A DNA stretch of 64,000 bases from Zygnema circumcarinatum SAG 698-1b (Eukaryota; Plantae; Zygnematophyceae). How positions within the stretch are numbered: position 1 is the first letter of the stretch; every line of letters starts with the position of its first letter. Shown here piece after piece: positions 1 through 11,754 of the stretch. Location: positions 1,521,361 through 1,585,360 of the forward strand of contig CM074805.1 of assembly GCA_037447605.1 (NCBI GenBank), read 5' to 3'. The position numbers and the translations under genes were made by a program. Under the pieces are notes generated by a model. The model searched no databases. It was not told the origin of the DNA and saw only the letters and a list, made by a program, of their open reading frames with translations.

Positions 1-3000
1 GCGGAGTTCCACGTGGTTCACCTCTCCTGCTCGAAGTAATTTGACCAGCTTTGAAGCAGGTTCTGTGTGGAATTCGGGTAGGGAGTCATGTACTGTAGAA
101 AGGAGCCGACAGGCCCCTGCGATGCCTCCAAGCACGAGGCTGTCTGTCAGCATTTGTTAATTGAGAAGAAAGCGCAAGGACGAGGGGAAGGGAATGTGAA
201 AGGCAAAATTGGAACGACAGAACACCTGCCTACTGCTTTCGAGTTTCACCTTGAGGTCTAAGTTGTGTTACGTCGTCAAGTTTAATGTCAGCAATATTAG
301 CACGTATGTTAAAGGGCAGGGCGGGAAGATAGTGCCTAGTCTATACATCCAAATTGTGTTGAGGTCATAAAAAATAAAAAATGGAAATGGGTGCTGTCCT
401 CCACAATAAAATACGTGAAAGTCTCCTACCATTTCTACGTGTTTCTTAACAAGCAGACGTCAGCACATTCGTGGCAGAAGGAGAATATTCAAACGACTTG
501 AACTCGAAGAATATCGTCTCATTCAGCTACCATAATGTCCGCCATGATTCCGGCTAGATTGAAGGTCTACAAGCAGCAACACAGCAGTAATCCTAACGCA
601 TGCACCTTGGATGGCGTCTGCCACATTTGAAGGAGGAGGATTGAGGAGAAGCTCCCGGAGGTAAATCTGGCAGAGCTTGTTGGCCTCCGTGGGAAGCAGC
701 ACTTGCAGAAGGCTCGGAACGCCAACAGTCGCCTGCAGACCTGAAATGGGTCCAGGTCGCCTCTGCGGCGACAAGAGCTAATCAATGGACTGTACAAGCT
801 AGCAGCAAAATATGGATATAGGGATTCCGTTCAACAGAAAGAAAGTAAGATCCCCTGAGGAAAGAAATAGCTCAGTCACAGGGCTTAAGGATAGAGGAGA
901 CCTGCACTTCAGTGGGAGTGGCCAATGCACCCACGCACATACATTTTGTGTGATTCGACTTCGATTTGCATTGTCACGCATGTCCCGGAGGTCAAAAAGC
1001 AGAGGGCTTTACTGGCCTAAAGACTTGCAAGACAGAATGAAGCCTGCACACACTACTCGATTACTGCCAAAATATGGCAGTTGACAAAGACAGATGGTTC
1101 AAAGTTTAGAGTCGAATGGTCTGTGCAGAGAAAGTTGGGGGAGAAGAGCGCTCACCAATCTGCGAAGCTGCAGAAGTGTAAAGTGGGCGAGGCCTATTCC
1201 CTGGGGGCGATTCCATTTCGCGAAAAACTACATCTTCATCCAAAGCGTAGTGCTGTCTGACCTGCACCGCAGAGGCAGATCCGAAGCAGCGAGCACTTGA
1301 ATACTCTGCAGCTTTATAATCTCGCTAACGGGGGGGGTGAGCTGCAGCTGCGGTTCCGTTTAGGCATAATCTACGGCACTTCTTTACCTGCTCTTAGAGC
1401 AAGGCCGTACGAATGATACGAAAGAGGCGAGCTCCAATCCTCCAGGTTTAAGAGTGCATATGCTTCCACTCTTAAAGCTCAGAGGTGATATGCGGACGGG
1501 CTACAAACCATGCAAACATGGCATTGACATTCATCGTAAAATAGAAGTGACATTCCGTTTCAGGAAACAGGAGGTCGTACCTTTTGCAAGAGGCCGTGCA
1601 GAGAATCGCCGAAATACTCGTCGTATTGGCGGCTCATGCATTCGCTCTGAAGCCGACCACCCCATTTATACACACCTGAGGGCCACATTCAGCGAACAGG
1701 CAAAAATCATCAATTGTGCTGCCTCACAACACAGATAAAAGCTGCACCTATCAGCCTTTCATAGTCGGCAAGAAGAATGAACTAAGGACTGCTTTAATAA
1801 GCCATTCAAATAGCAGACAGCGTCATTGTCAGCAAAATTGTTCACAGTAACCACGTTTCAGCAGGCAGATACAGAGAATCCAACGATAACATCAATAAGA
1901 AGGTCCACAAATACGACATCTTGTCTCACCAGTGACATCAATCTTGAGAGATTCGTGAAGAAAGCCTCCGGCGGTATCAATGCTTCTCATCTTTGCCAGA
2001 ATACCTTCCTCAGTCAAGCCCTCCTCCAACTTGTACGAGAGAGTCAGCTCAAAGACTGAAATTAGAGTAAAGCCCTTGCTGGTTCGAGCCACTCCTAGAA
2101 TGGCAACAGGGTCCGGAGGGAACTCGATGTCGCCTTCATCTCGCGCCATGCCATACACGTAAGGGCTACCTCTGTGGGAGTGCCTGGACAGCGATGGACA
2201 TGCCAGTCATCAGCACAAAATTGACTTTTCACACTAAAGCGGTTCTCTAACTTTACATGCATGTGCATGAATGATGGCCAGCATCAGAATGTTGTCCACT
2301 CGACCCTGACCTGTCAAGTATGTTGATTACAGTATGCAGGACTTCCTACATTCGCGCAACGAGGATGAATCTTCATCGACTCATTAAGAAACTCGAACAT
2401 GCCCCTTATGCATTGACATTTGATAAGCAGAAGCTCTCCTGTTCTGGTGGCATACCCCGACAGGAAACGTTCTTTCCTTTCATTGGCCTTGGTAGGTCCT
2501 TTCACCTCCTTCACTATAGCTGCAGATATGTTTTTGTTATTCAAATCTCTGAGAGTCTGCCGCAAATTTTGCAGCGGAAACCCTGCTTTTGGAATCGCTT
2601 CGGAAAAAATGCCTCCAGTGGGATTTAGATTTGCACATTCGACCAACATCACAGCATCGTACCCCATGGCCTCATAAAAATCTCCAACCTACGCACCCAA
2701 GCCAAACACATCAGAATCATCACCGAAGAATAATGATACCTTACTAAGCTTTGCGAGCCAAGAAAGCAAACAAATTGCGTGGCTTTGAAATTTGGTCGTT
2801 AAGATCAAGCATTCGCAGCAAAAGCATTTTTTATTTGTTTCCCTCAATCTCTGTAACTGTTCAATGTCGTACTCAGAAGGTTACAATGAACGGCAGTAAA
2901 CAACTTGCAGGAGATATAGGAGCCAAGAAAAGTACCTGCACCAAAATGACCTCGTTCGGGAATTTCGTCTTGTAATCCAATGCAAGGGCGTTTACTGTCC

Positions 3001-4308
3001 CATCCTTGATGCTGCGGCCAGAAAGTATCAACGACTTTCCTCAAGATTTGCAAAACTGCTATTGGTCAGCCATTCTCATCATCTAGACTGTCTCAATCTC
3101 TCGTCTGGTTGTCTGAATTTCCATTTCGGACTGCATAGAAGCTGCTTTCCTGGATCTTTTTTGAAACAAAACTGAAGACCTCAGAAGCAATAATTGATTA
3201 CCTTCATAGTTGCATGATAAACTGTTTTCAATTTTTTTCAAAGCACAAAAGGTGCTTCATCATTATTTAGCCTAACAAATGTAACTTGTTTAAAAGTGAT
3301 ACGTTTCAGTTTTCTTTCCGCCTCGTCTTTGCCGCCGTTAAAGCATACACTGCAGTGCAAATGGTCGACCCGAAGAAATGAGCAATCCTTACCTCCCACT
3401 TCGAAGGTTTTGATTTATGCCGAGAATATTGGTAGAAAAGTCCAGCCGTTCCCGCATTGCTTTGGTTGTGTCTTTCTTGCAAAGGTCCAGTTTCTTCTCA
3501 TATCTTTGTACAATTTTTCGATGTTCGTCACTTAATGCCGTCAGCTTTTCACCTCGTGCATCTGCTCGTTTTCGCGTTGCTTGCGCACTTGGCGCCCTCC
3601 ACCTGCAAGCATGGCAAGGATGAAATGTTCAGAGTCCATTAATGAAACGAATGCTTTGGGCGGCCGCTCATTTAAGGTCCTTGAGTACATTGCGGGTCTG
3701 AAATGTGTGAGGACGTATCATATAGGGAGGGGTTGGATTACGAGTTTTTTTGGCAATTGTAATGAGTTCAAAGAAGGAGACAAAACAGAAAAGGAGAAAA
3801 AGAAAATCGAAGAGAAAAGTACATCGGCAATTGTAAAAGAGAACCTGACAAAATTTGGAAAGCTGGGCACTTCCAGGCAAGTGCTGGATACACGGGTTGA
3901 GCGAGGTTTCCGAGGCCTTCTAGAAGTCCAATGTCAGCTAGACAACGAACATGTTGGGCTTCTTTTTAAAATAACAAAACCGATTTCAGGCTTTATTAGC
4001 CTTTCCTTTCTTCTCGTGTTCATGTTTAGCTCTTTGCTGCTGTCAGGCTCACAGCCGAGGCACAGCATTCGCTCAGCATCATCCCTTTCATTGCTTGTAG
4101 AATTTGGTTCAACTTGTTACCTTCTATGATTTCGAATGTTCTGACTTCCAAGAGGCCGTGCTGCGAGCTTTCCTTCCTCGTGCTTGTGCAATTCTTTCAC
4201 AAAATCATTCCGCGGATTGCTCATAATCCCCCCTCTTGCAGAATAGCTGCAAGTCGCTATACAAGACGTAGAAAAAGCCGTCTTGCTGATTGCTTGTAAG
4301 CTGGCCAT
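1..4308 (-). CDS. MSH1: Organellar MutS homolog 1, 5' part; multi-exon, continues beyond window start
   Basis: Spliced exons translate to plant MSH1 motifs: LDLCKKDTTKAMRERLDFSTNILGINQNLRSG (~3392-3602); IKDGTVNALALDYKTKFPNEVILVQ (~2936-3012); VGDFYEAMGYDAVMLVECANLNP..IPKAGFPLQNLRQTL (~2457-2688, FYE mismatch-binding motif); GSPYVYG..GLTEE (~1930-2185); RPRPLYTSAASQIG (~1155-1262); YLRELLLNPP (~606-741); KLVKLL (1-115). Start taken as MASLQ at 4308 (4317 possible). Confidence 0.9.
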
Positions 4309-4991
4309 GTTCGTCATCTCTTTCTGGATCAGCCTGTATGCAAACCTTAACGCAAACCTCGATAAGGGCATTACAAGTAGCAAGAATTCATAGGGTACTA
4401 GCCGCGAAACTCTAACACGCTCTAGTCTGGGTCACAAGGATGGTGTCCTTGTGTCCCGATTGTCTTCTTGAAACACTTCAGATTGTGCCGCACCCAACAT
4501 TCAATACTATCGTGGGAGAAACTGAGGTGCAAACAATAGCCTTTCACTTTCTCCCTCTCGCTCTACTTGCCTTCATCTATCTCTTTCTACTCTTACTTGC
4601 TCTACACTTCTCTCCCACTCCCTCTCCCTCTCTCTCTCCCTTTCTCGACCCCCCCCAGTCACAAAGAGACATGGAGCCCCCGTATGCGCCGCGTTCAGGG
4701 AAACCAAGCTTCAAGTGGCGCCCTCTATACACTTTGTGACTGCGGGCAGGGTGGAGGGAACAAACGGGAACGCCCCAAACTTTCATGGCAGCATAAAAGG
4801 TTTGTGCGTTCCTTCATTTGTTCCCTCCAATCGCAAGCCACGAAACGGAGAATGTGCGCGGCAAAATTTCGCAAGTCTGCTCGAAAGGACCTGTACGGTA
4901 AGTCCCGTTCAGTTTCCCGTACAATCCGCAGGGATTGGAGGGAACGTCATTCGTACAAAACCGTACGACCAATGTCCGCGCGCGCATTATT

Positions 4992-5840
4992 GGGTATTGC
5001 TAAATTCACATCTTTTTTGTCTAGAAACAGAACTTTTCGCCGGGCAGATAATAAAATAGACCAAAAAGCATTAAAAACAGAAAATGCTTTTTTCACACCT
5101 TTTTGGAATCGATACACACCTTTTTCCATCGGGCAGATTTTATTTTACCAAAAAAGCAAATGCTATCCCGCCCCTGCCCCCCCACTTTGGATATCCCGCC
5201 CCTGTTTTTTTTGTTGCGAGAAAAAAATATCGGCCTGCCCGAATCCGCTTTCGGAGCGGAAAATCCGTCCCCCACGAGATTGTTCGCGGGTGTGCGTCCT
5301 TCACAAGTGCGGTGAATCTCCGCCGACGATTCTCTCACAAGGCACCATGGCAGATCAACGTTCGATCTGCAGCCGGGCCCAGTTCCAGCCAATGGCACGT
5401 GCCCACGTGTCCCGCCAACGCCGGCTTAGAGTGGGTCTGTAGCTTCGAGGAAAGATGAAGTACCGTACATTGAAAGCTTGGACCAATCAAAATTTGTCAC
5501 GTCATAAAACTAGCACGTGGCAGATAGTGATTGGCTGCCAGTTGTCAACGGTGAGCCGCCGCAGGCTGGCCGGTCCAGCTCACAATTTTGCGGAGATCTT
5601 GGGCCGAGGGACGCGCGCTCTCGCACGTGCGGGACGGCTTTGGCGGGACACGTGGGGAGCGTGGGTATCACTTGCCTTTTTTGTAAAATCAAATCTGTCC
5701 GACGGGAAAAGGTGTGTATCGATTCCAGAAAGGTGTGAAAAAGGCATTTTCCGTTTTTAATCCTTTTTTGTCTATTTTAAAATCTGCCCTGCGAAAAAAG
5801 GTCTGTATCTAGACTAAAAGGTGTGAATTTAGCAGTACCT
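4992..5840. mobile_element. Non-autonomous long-TIR DNA transposon (Mutator-like MITE) in the MSH1/Nudix divergent promoter
   Basis: ~180-bp imperfect inverted repeats 4992-5169 and 5663-5840 (GGGTATTGCTAAATTCAC... / ...GTGAATTTAGCAGTACCT). Flanks GCATTATT / CTATTATT are a 6/8 candidate TSD. No transposase. Confidence 0.75.
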
Positions 5841-5848
5841 CTATTATT

Positions 5849-5968
5849 AACACACCAATCTGATTAGATACACGTATTTTCGGTAAAAGAAACACCTCAA
5901 AACCCTAAAAATTGTCGAGAAAAGGTGTTTGTGTATCTATCCACTTAAAGGTGTGTAAATAGCTTCTC
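5849..5968. mobile_element. Small MITE remnant of the same family
   Basis: Inverted arms AACACACC..TAGATACAC / GTGTATCTA..AAGGTGTGTAAAT carry the same motifs as the neighbouring element and the 47561 copy. Confidence 0.5.
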
Positions 5969-6180
5969 ATTTTCCTTTCTTTTTGTCGGCCGAATTGGAG
6001 ACCCACAACTTCAGGAATGTGATAACAGCACAGCTCAACACATTTTGGCATGTGCCCGAAACGTGTCGCGTCATCTGGGGCACCATCCAGGCGCCCTTGG
6101 CCCCTCTCTTTGCAGCTGCTTCCACTTGCAGGGAAAGCTACCGTCTTCTCTCCTATAGAGGAGGGGGGCTGGGAAGTCGT

Positions 6181-9100
6181 ATGGCCTCCCAGCTTATGCA
6201 ACGACAGCTGGCACTCAAGCCGCTCCCTTCCCATATTTTCTCTCTGCAGGCGACATGCAGACAGCATGCAAAGACTACCGTGCCGTCCTCCTGCCACGGT
6301 CGTTGCACAAAAGACGGTACTGCGAACTTTGGCGGAAGGATGAACAACGATGCAGGAAAGCATGCGTGTTCAAATGGTAGTTGCACCCGTAAAGCGTTCC
6401 TCGGAATGCGGGTGGCGTTTGGAAGACTATTCAACTGCACAGATCAGTTCAGTTCGTCCAGAGTGGCATCAGCAGCATGTAGGATGGATTCAGACGTGAA
6501 AGTTTCACAGAAGGGCTCCGTCGAGAAAGAAGGAATTTCAGCGGCTTCGATAGTTTCTGCATCGTTGGGTATTCAGGGGTTTCAAGCACGTGTGGATGAG
6601 TGCAACATCGGTCTGGTTAGTCGAATACCTCCATATCCAGAGCCTTTACAAAAATTTCTTGATAAAAATTAAAAGAAAATAACTCCATATAGTGCAACGA
6701 ACTCGTGGTTCTGAAGACATGAGTCCGCACAATAATTCCAAGAAAGCTATGAAAGAAAAAGATTTTCCATTTTCTTAAATAGCACCTGTTTTGTACTACT
6801 TCGCTAATCCATCCCATCACAGACGTTTGATTGGACTGCAAACCAGAGTGAAAATGCAGAGTGAAACTTGTGCTCGTGCACAAGTTGTCGAGATCCAAAA
6901 CAAAGAACACAAAAAAAAAAAAAAAAAACGAAGAACCACTGTGTGCTGTTGGGTTTCGTATTATTTCTTGCGATACGTTAAGCCATTAACAAATTTGAAC
7001 TCAAACTGAGTATAAAGAAGAGTTTCAATCTTCCAGTCGTTTGGGATGGTTTGCGTAGGGCACAGGAACGACGGAATGAGTTTGGACCTTTCTATATTGG
7101 AGAAAATGTGGCTGGTTATCTTCATTCCAGGTGAGTCGTTGCCGATTTCTTCTTTTGACCATCTGCTTTGGCTTAAAAGTACGATTTCACATGGTTGAAG
7201 CTGACACCAGTGTTATGCTCTTACCGGCGCGATCTTTTTACGTCAAAGTGGGAGTTCTTCGCTTGAGAATGGTTGGATTCTTTGATTTTTGTTGCGGACA
7301 CTCACGCGTCCTTCTATAAACGTGGGTTACCACTTAACGGTAACTCTACATGGATGGACGGCTGTCCATCCATGTAGAAGGTTGTGATTGTGCCCTCATC
7401 CTGAACTGAGCTACTTCCCGTGTTTGCAGTTTCATGATGGAATTAGGGGAGTTTGAAGACGTTTTCCTCATTTCCCCTAGTCCAGAAACGCCCTTGGGCG
7501 GTTCAGGCACTGCAATGACCCTGCCGGGAAATGGCAGTGTGCAAACAAGCCTCCAACTGGCCCTTCATCCAAAATTTGAGACGTTGGAGCAACGTACAAG
7601 GGCCGTTGGGGACGTTTTAGAGACAATGAGAGGGAAAGGACAAATACCTGGTTGGCGCAATGAGGTCTGTACGACTGCACTGCCTTGTTTGCTCAATGTT
7701 AGTACGTTTGCTGGAAGATAAATAGGATGGGTATATTCGTCAACCGTACGTGCCATTTTTAAACCCGTGATTTTCTCTTGATGATCTTTCTTTTCGATGC
7801 ATGTGGCAGCTCTATCCTGTCAGTTCTGCGTTTGGTTCGCCTCCCTTGTTGCTCGTGGAACGGGCTGCAGCAGCCATGTTTGGTGTGAAGGTTAGCTTTC
7901 TTCTGAACTTGTTATGGTTTCCCAGCTAAAAGTCCATATCACTACAGCGCAAGAGGAGCGTTTTGGGTATGTCCTTTAGCTACAAATGATGTTTTTGTAT
8001 CATTCACTTGGTGAAATTGCCGAGCCTTTATGGTCGTGACGCTCGAGAGAATTGAGTGAATGCGGAGGATATTCCAAGTTGCTTTGACACTTGACAGAGG
8101 TGATGTTCCATGCATCTTCTGTCGACCAGGTCTATGGTGTGCACCTGAATGGCTTTGTACGAGCCGAAAATGATGACATCAAACTTTGGGTGGCCCGTCG
8201 AAGTGCTTCAAAGCCGACTTTTCCTGGAAGGCTAGACCACCTCGTTGCTGGGGGGCAGGTATGTCCTGCAGTCTAGTTATGTGGTTACAGCATAAACGGA
8301 TGTGCACTATATCTGCAGCACATCTTAAGTGAAGGCTTGCCTATGCACTCCAGCTCAACAGAGGAAATTGTTCGACGTTTTTTTACTTTGAATGGGTTGG
8401 TTTATTGACAAAGTCCTTAACGGTTTTACTGACAGTCTCCATGTCTCCCGCTGCCCGTCCGGCAGCACCTTCTTGGTTCCGCCGCCAATTGATAATTTGT
8501 TCTGTGCGCAGCACGTACGCGTTTGCTGGATTTATGAATGCTTTACAATGGTCTCACTGTTCCATGGTTACTCTCCTGTGCTTGTTGGGGGCTGCTGCAG
8601 TGCAGCCTCATGGCTTGAGCTGTGCTGAAAATGTCGTCAAAGAATGCGACGAGGAAGCGGGGATCCCATTCTCGCTTTCCAAAAGGTAGTTAGCTGGTGA
8701 ACTTTGTTCAGCTTAAATTATACTGTTCTACTGCACAGCATAGTGTCTACTGGCCGGGAAGTTTTGGTCGTAGCAGTTGAAGGGAAGGTTTTTTCTTTCA
8801 CATGCCAATCCCTGCTGTGTTCTGAGTTTAGGTTCTATGCAAGGTAATGGTGCAATGTACAATGTCTGCTAGAAGTTGGAGCTTTATTTGTTCGTTGACT
8901 GAGTCACCGGAGCAGCTTCACGTTCCTTGCAGAGCTCGACCTGTGGGGGCTGTGAGTTATGAGGCCGTTGTGGGATCAACATTGAAACGTGATGTGCTCT
9001 TTTGCTACGACTTAGAGCTTCCCTCTGACTTCATTCCTTTCAACAAAGGTAAGGAGAAAAGGTGGACAGGAGTCTTAATCATCTTTGGAAAAAAGCGTTT

Positions 9101-9790
9101 AATATGCCCCAGGGTACCTGTGCATCTCCCATTGCACCTCTGCCACCTTTTCTATCTTCAGTGTGTGATAATTTTGAAGTCTTCCAAGTATTCACAGACA
9201 TATCTTCTAGCTGCGTTGAGAGTTATGCCCACCTGTGCTTTGACACTTTCGGGTTTGGGCAGATGGAGAAGTGGAGTCTTTTGAGTTGCTTTCCATCGAG
9301 ACAGTTGCGGACATTATTGGAACATCTACGAAGTATAAGACAAACTGTGCCTTAGTAATTATCGACTTCCTTGTTCGCCACGGGTAAGAAATTGCTGATT
9401 TGTATGCTTTCCAATTCTCACCTTGGAGATTTAAGAGAGGAGAACGTCGGAGGGAGGAGGAGTCGGAAGTAGGAGTGTGGAATGGAGGAAATAAGAATAA
9501 AAAAGCAGTCTAATTTTGACTACTTCGCTGGCAGTATGTAATGCGTATCACGGCAATGTGAATAGAAATGGTTATGTTCACTTGAAGTTACAAAAGCTTA
9601 CGTCCTACGCTTGTTACCACGTAGATGTCTCAATTGTCTATGTTTCCAGGAACGTTTTATTTCTGGCAAGTATTATGATGTTCACACATAACTAAGCTGG
9701 ATAAATTCCATTCCGTGCAGGTTGGTGACACCAGAACAGGACGGATACCTACAGCTTGTGCGGAGTTTGAGACAGGGAGATTGTTCATAG
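6181..9790 (+). CDS. Nudix hydrolase of the DUF4743+Nudix (AtNUDT20/24, yeast YJR142W-like) subfamily with transit-peptide-like N-terminus; 9 exons
   Basis: Exons ~6181-6615, 7066-7130, 7430-7644, 7810-7890, 8130-8258, 8626-8685, 8933-9048, 9263-9383, 9721-9790 give GWRNE-LYPV, YGVHLNGFV, LWVARRSASKPTFPGRLDHLVAGG, Nudix box ENVVKECDEEAG, FCYDLELP, DGEVESF, IDFLVRHG, LRQGDCS*. Confidence 0.9.
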
Positions 9791-10924
9791 CATCTTGTGG
9801 AATCTGCCGGTCATCATGGGATGCTTAACCCGACAGCGAACTTCTCGAGGCTACATTCGCTCACACATTGTGTGAGGTTCAAATGTTTGAGTCTTCTAGT
9901 TTACGCTTCAAGAGCAATTTCCAACGTAGGGCGCTACTTCAGGGACACGTGGCTTCGTTTTACCTTGTGGGACTTCCTCTATTCCAGAGTTTGCTTGCAA
10001 GTCTTCATAATCCATATTATGTGCCCGTCTCATATAAAGATCAGGCGCATAGTTGGTGCCACGGCCATAGCTGGTTTTTGGCGGTTTTACTGTTGGTTGC
10101 TGTAGCTGGTACTTCTGCTTGACAGTAAGGAAATTGTATAACATTCAGTTGGAAGAACGCGCACGTGATGCTGACTCAACCTTTCTGAAAAAAAAGTTTG
10201 ATAATCTCAAGATCTTAAGATAAGAGTTCCATGCAATGGAAACTGGGGACGTAGAACGCCAGTGTGGACACGGCATGGAGTCATGTGACCCGGCCACCGC
10301 CCAGCAGGCCCCAGTGCTGCCGCTGGACAGAGGGTGGGCCTGCAGCGCCCCTCGGCAGCTTCCCGCCGTCGATTCCACTCGATCGGACGTGCTGCAGCCC
10401 CCGCCCCTCGCCGGTACACGTCCGGCGCAGCGCCCGCCTGGGCGACGGCGACAGAGGGCGCGGTCACCGCGGTGCTCGTACATGCCGTACCACATGCCGT
10501 CGTCAGTTGGTTCGGTTCGTTGGGTCGGTTGAAGGCCGTACAATCATGCCACGTTGGCGCCACGTAGACATATTTCGCGGTAGCGTCACACGCCCCCCTC
10601 CCTGCACCCTGCTCCCTTGCGCGGGGGCGGCGATATAGTACCTGGTAGAGAACAGGTTGGACCAGTGGAACCATCGCTTGCCAATGGCTGCCTGGCCAAT
10701 GAATCTAATTGTCGACTGGGCGCTGAATCTATGGTTAGCTGGATCCGCCACTTTCTGGTTGGAAAAAACAATCAGCAATCGCTACCAACCATTGAACCCA
10801 ATGGTTGGCAACCATTCCATTCGACCTTACGGTTCGACACTCTCTCGGCCTGCTGCCATACCTCCACTAATGTTTCCATGGAAGCTTGACCCGTCGCTTC
10901 TATGGAAGTTTTACAGCGTGACAA

Positions 10925-11180
10925 TCACAGTCACAGTCACAGTCACAGTTCCTTGCCGTACGATTTGTCCAGCAGCCGGCCCTTGGGACGGTATACCTGG
11001 TACAGGACTCCGGCGGGAGCCCGAGCTCGGGCCCGAGCCCGAGGCCGAGCCCGAGCCAGAGTCAGAGGCAGAGGCAGAGCCGGCGGCGTCGCGTGGCGGC
11101 CATGCAGACACGGGCGCAGGGCAGGGCAGGGCAGGGCAGGGCAGGGCAGGGCAGGGCAGGGCAGGGCAGGGCAGGGCAGG
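10925..11180. repeat. Cluster of simple repeats: (TCACAG)4, (GAGCCC/GAGGCA)n, (GCAGG)13
   Basis: Directly visible; GCAGG runs uninterrupted from 11116 to 11180. Confidence 0.95.
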
Positions 11181-11754
11181 GCCGCGGAGGGGACCACGGC
11201 GGCGGCAGCCATTGGCGGGACCTCGGCAGCGCTGGCGCGCGTGCGCCCGCGCGCGGCCTGGGACTGGCGGAGATGGAGGCGGCCGCGGGCAGGTCAGCGC
11301 CAGGCGGGGACGGGACAAGCGGGCGCGGAGGCGCGGCTGGAAATGCGTGCTCGCTGCAGGCACGGCATGGGCGAGGAAGGGGGACACGTATGCAGAAGTT
11401 TGGAGGAACGGAGAATGTGGCAGCTTCTGTTAAATAGCGGATTTCTCGTAAAGGGAAAATGGTGGAGATCAATACGGTTGAAGTCTTGGTGCTGTTCGCT
11501 CGTGGATGTATCCTGACGTGGATCGAAGGAGTGATCGAGAAGGGTAGTTTCAGCATAAAGCGGAAAGCATTACGCTGAAGGTCGATTGATTTTCGAAATC
11601 TAGGTCGCTGAATGATATTAAATATTGATAGGGTGCATCAAAGGTTTCGGTGGCTATGGCCACTGCCGTCCAAGACTAGCAAGACCACCACTTTAACTGA
11701 TATCAGCAAGCTGCAAGACGGTGTTTTGAGTACGATTCCAGTTTCAATGGACCA

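Noticed and set aside
3581-4129. 182-aa plus-strand ORF
   Set aside because: Antisense to an MSH1 intron, TTG start, no homology cues.
4567-5442. 291-aa ORF
   Set aside because: Runs through promoter and MITE TIR sequence; no transposase or other motif.
10657-11556. Several 150-260 aa ORFs with GQGRA/PCPAL repeats
   Set aside because: Products of stop-free GC-rich microsatellites.
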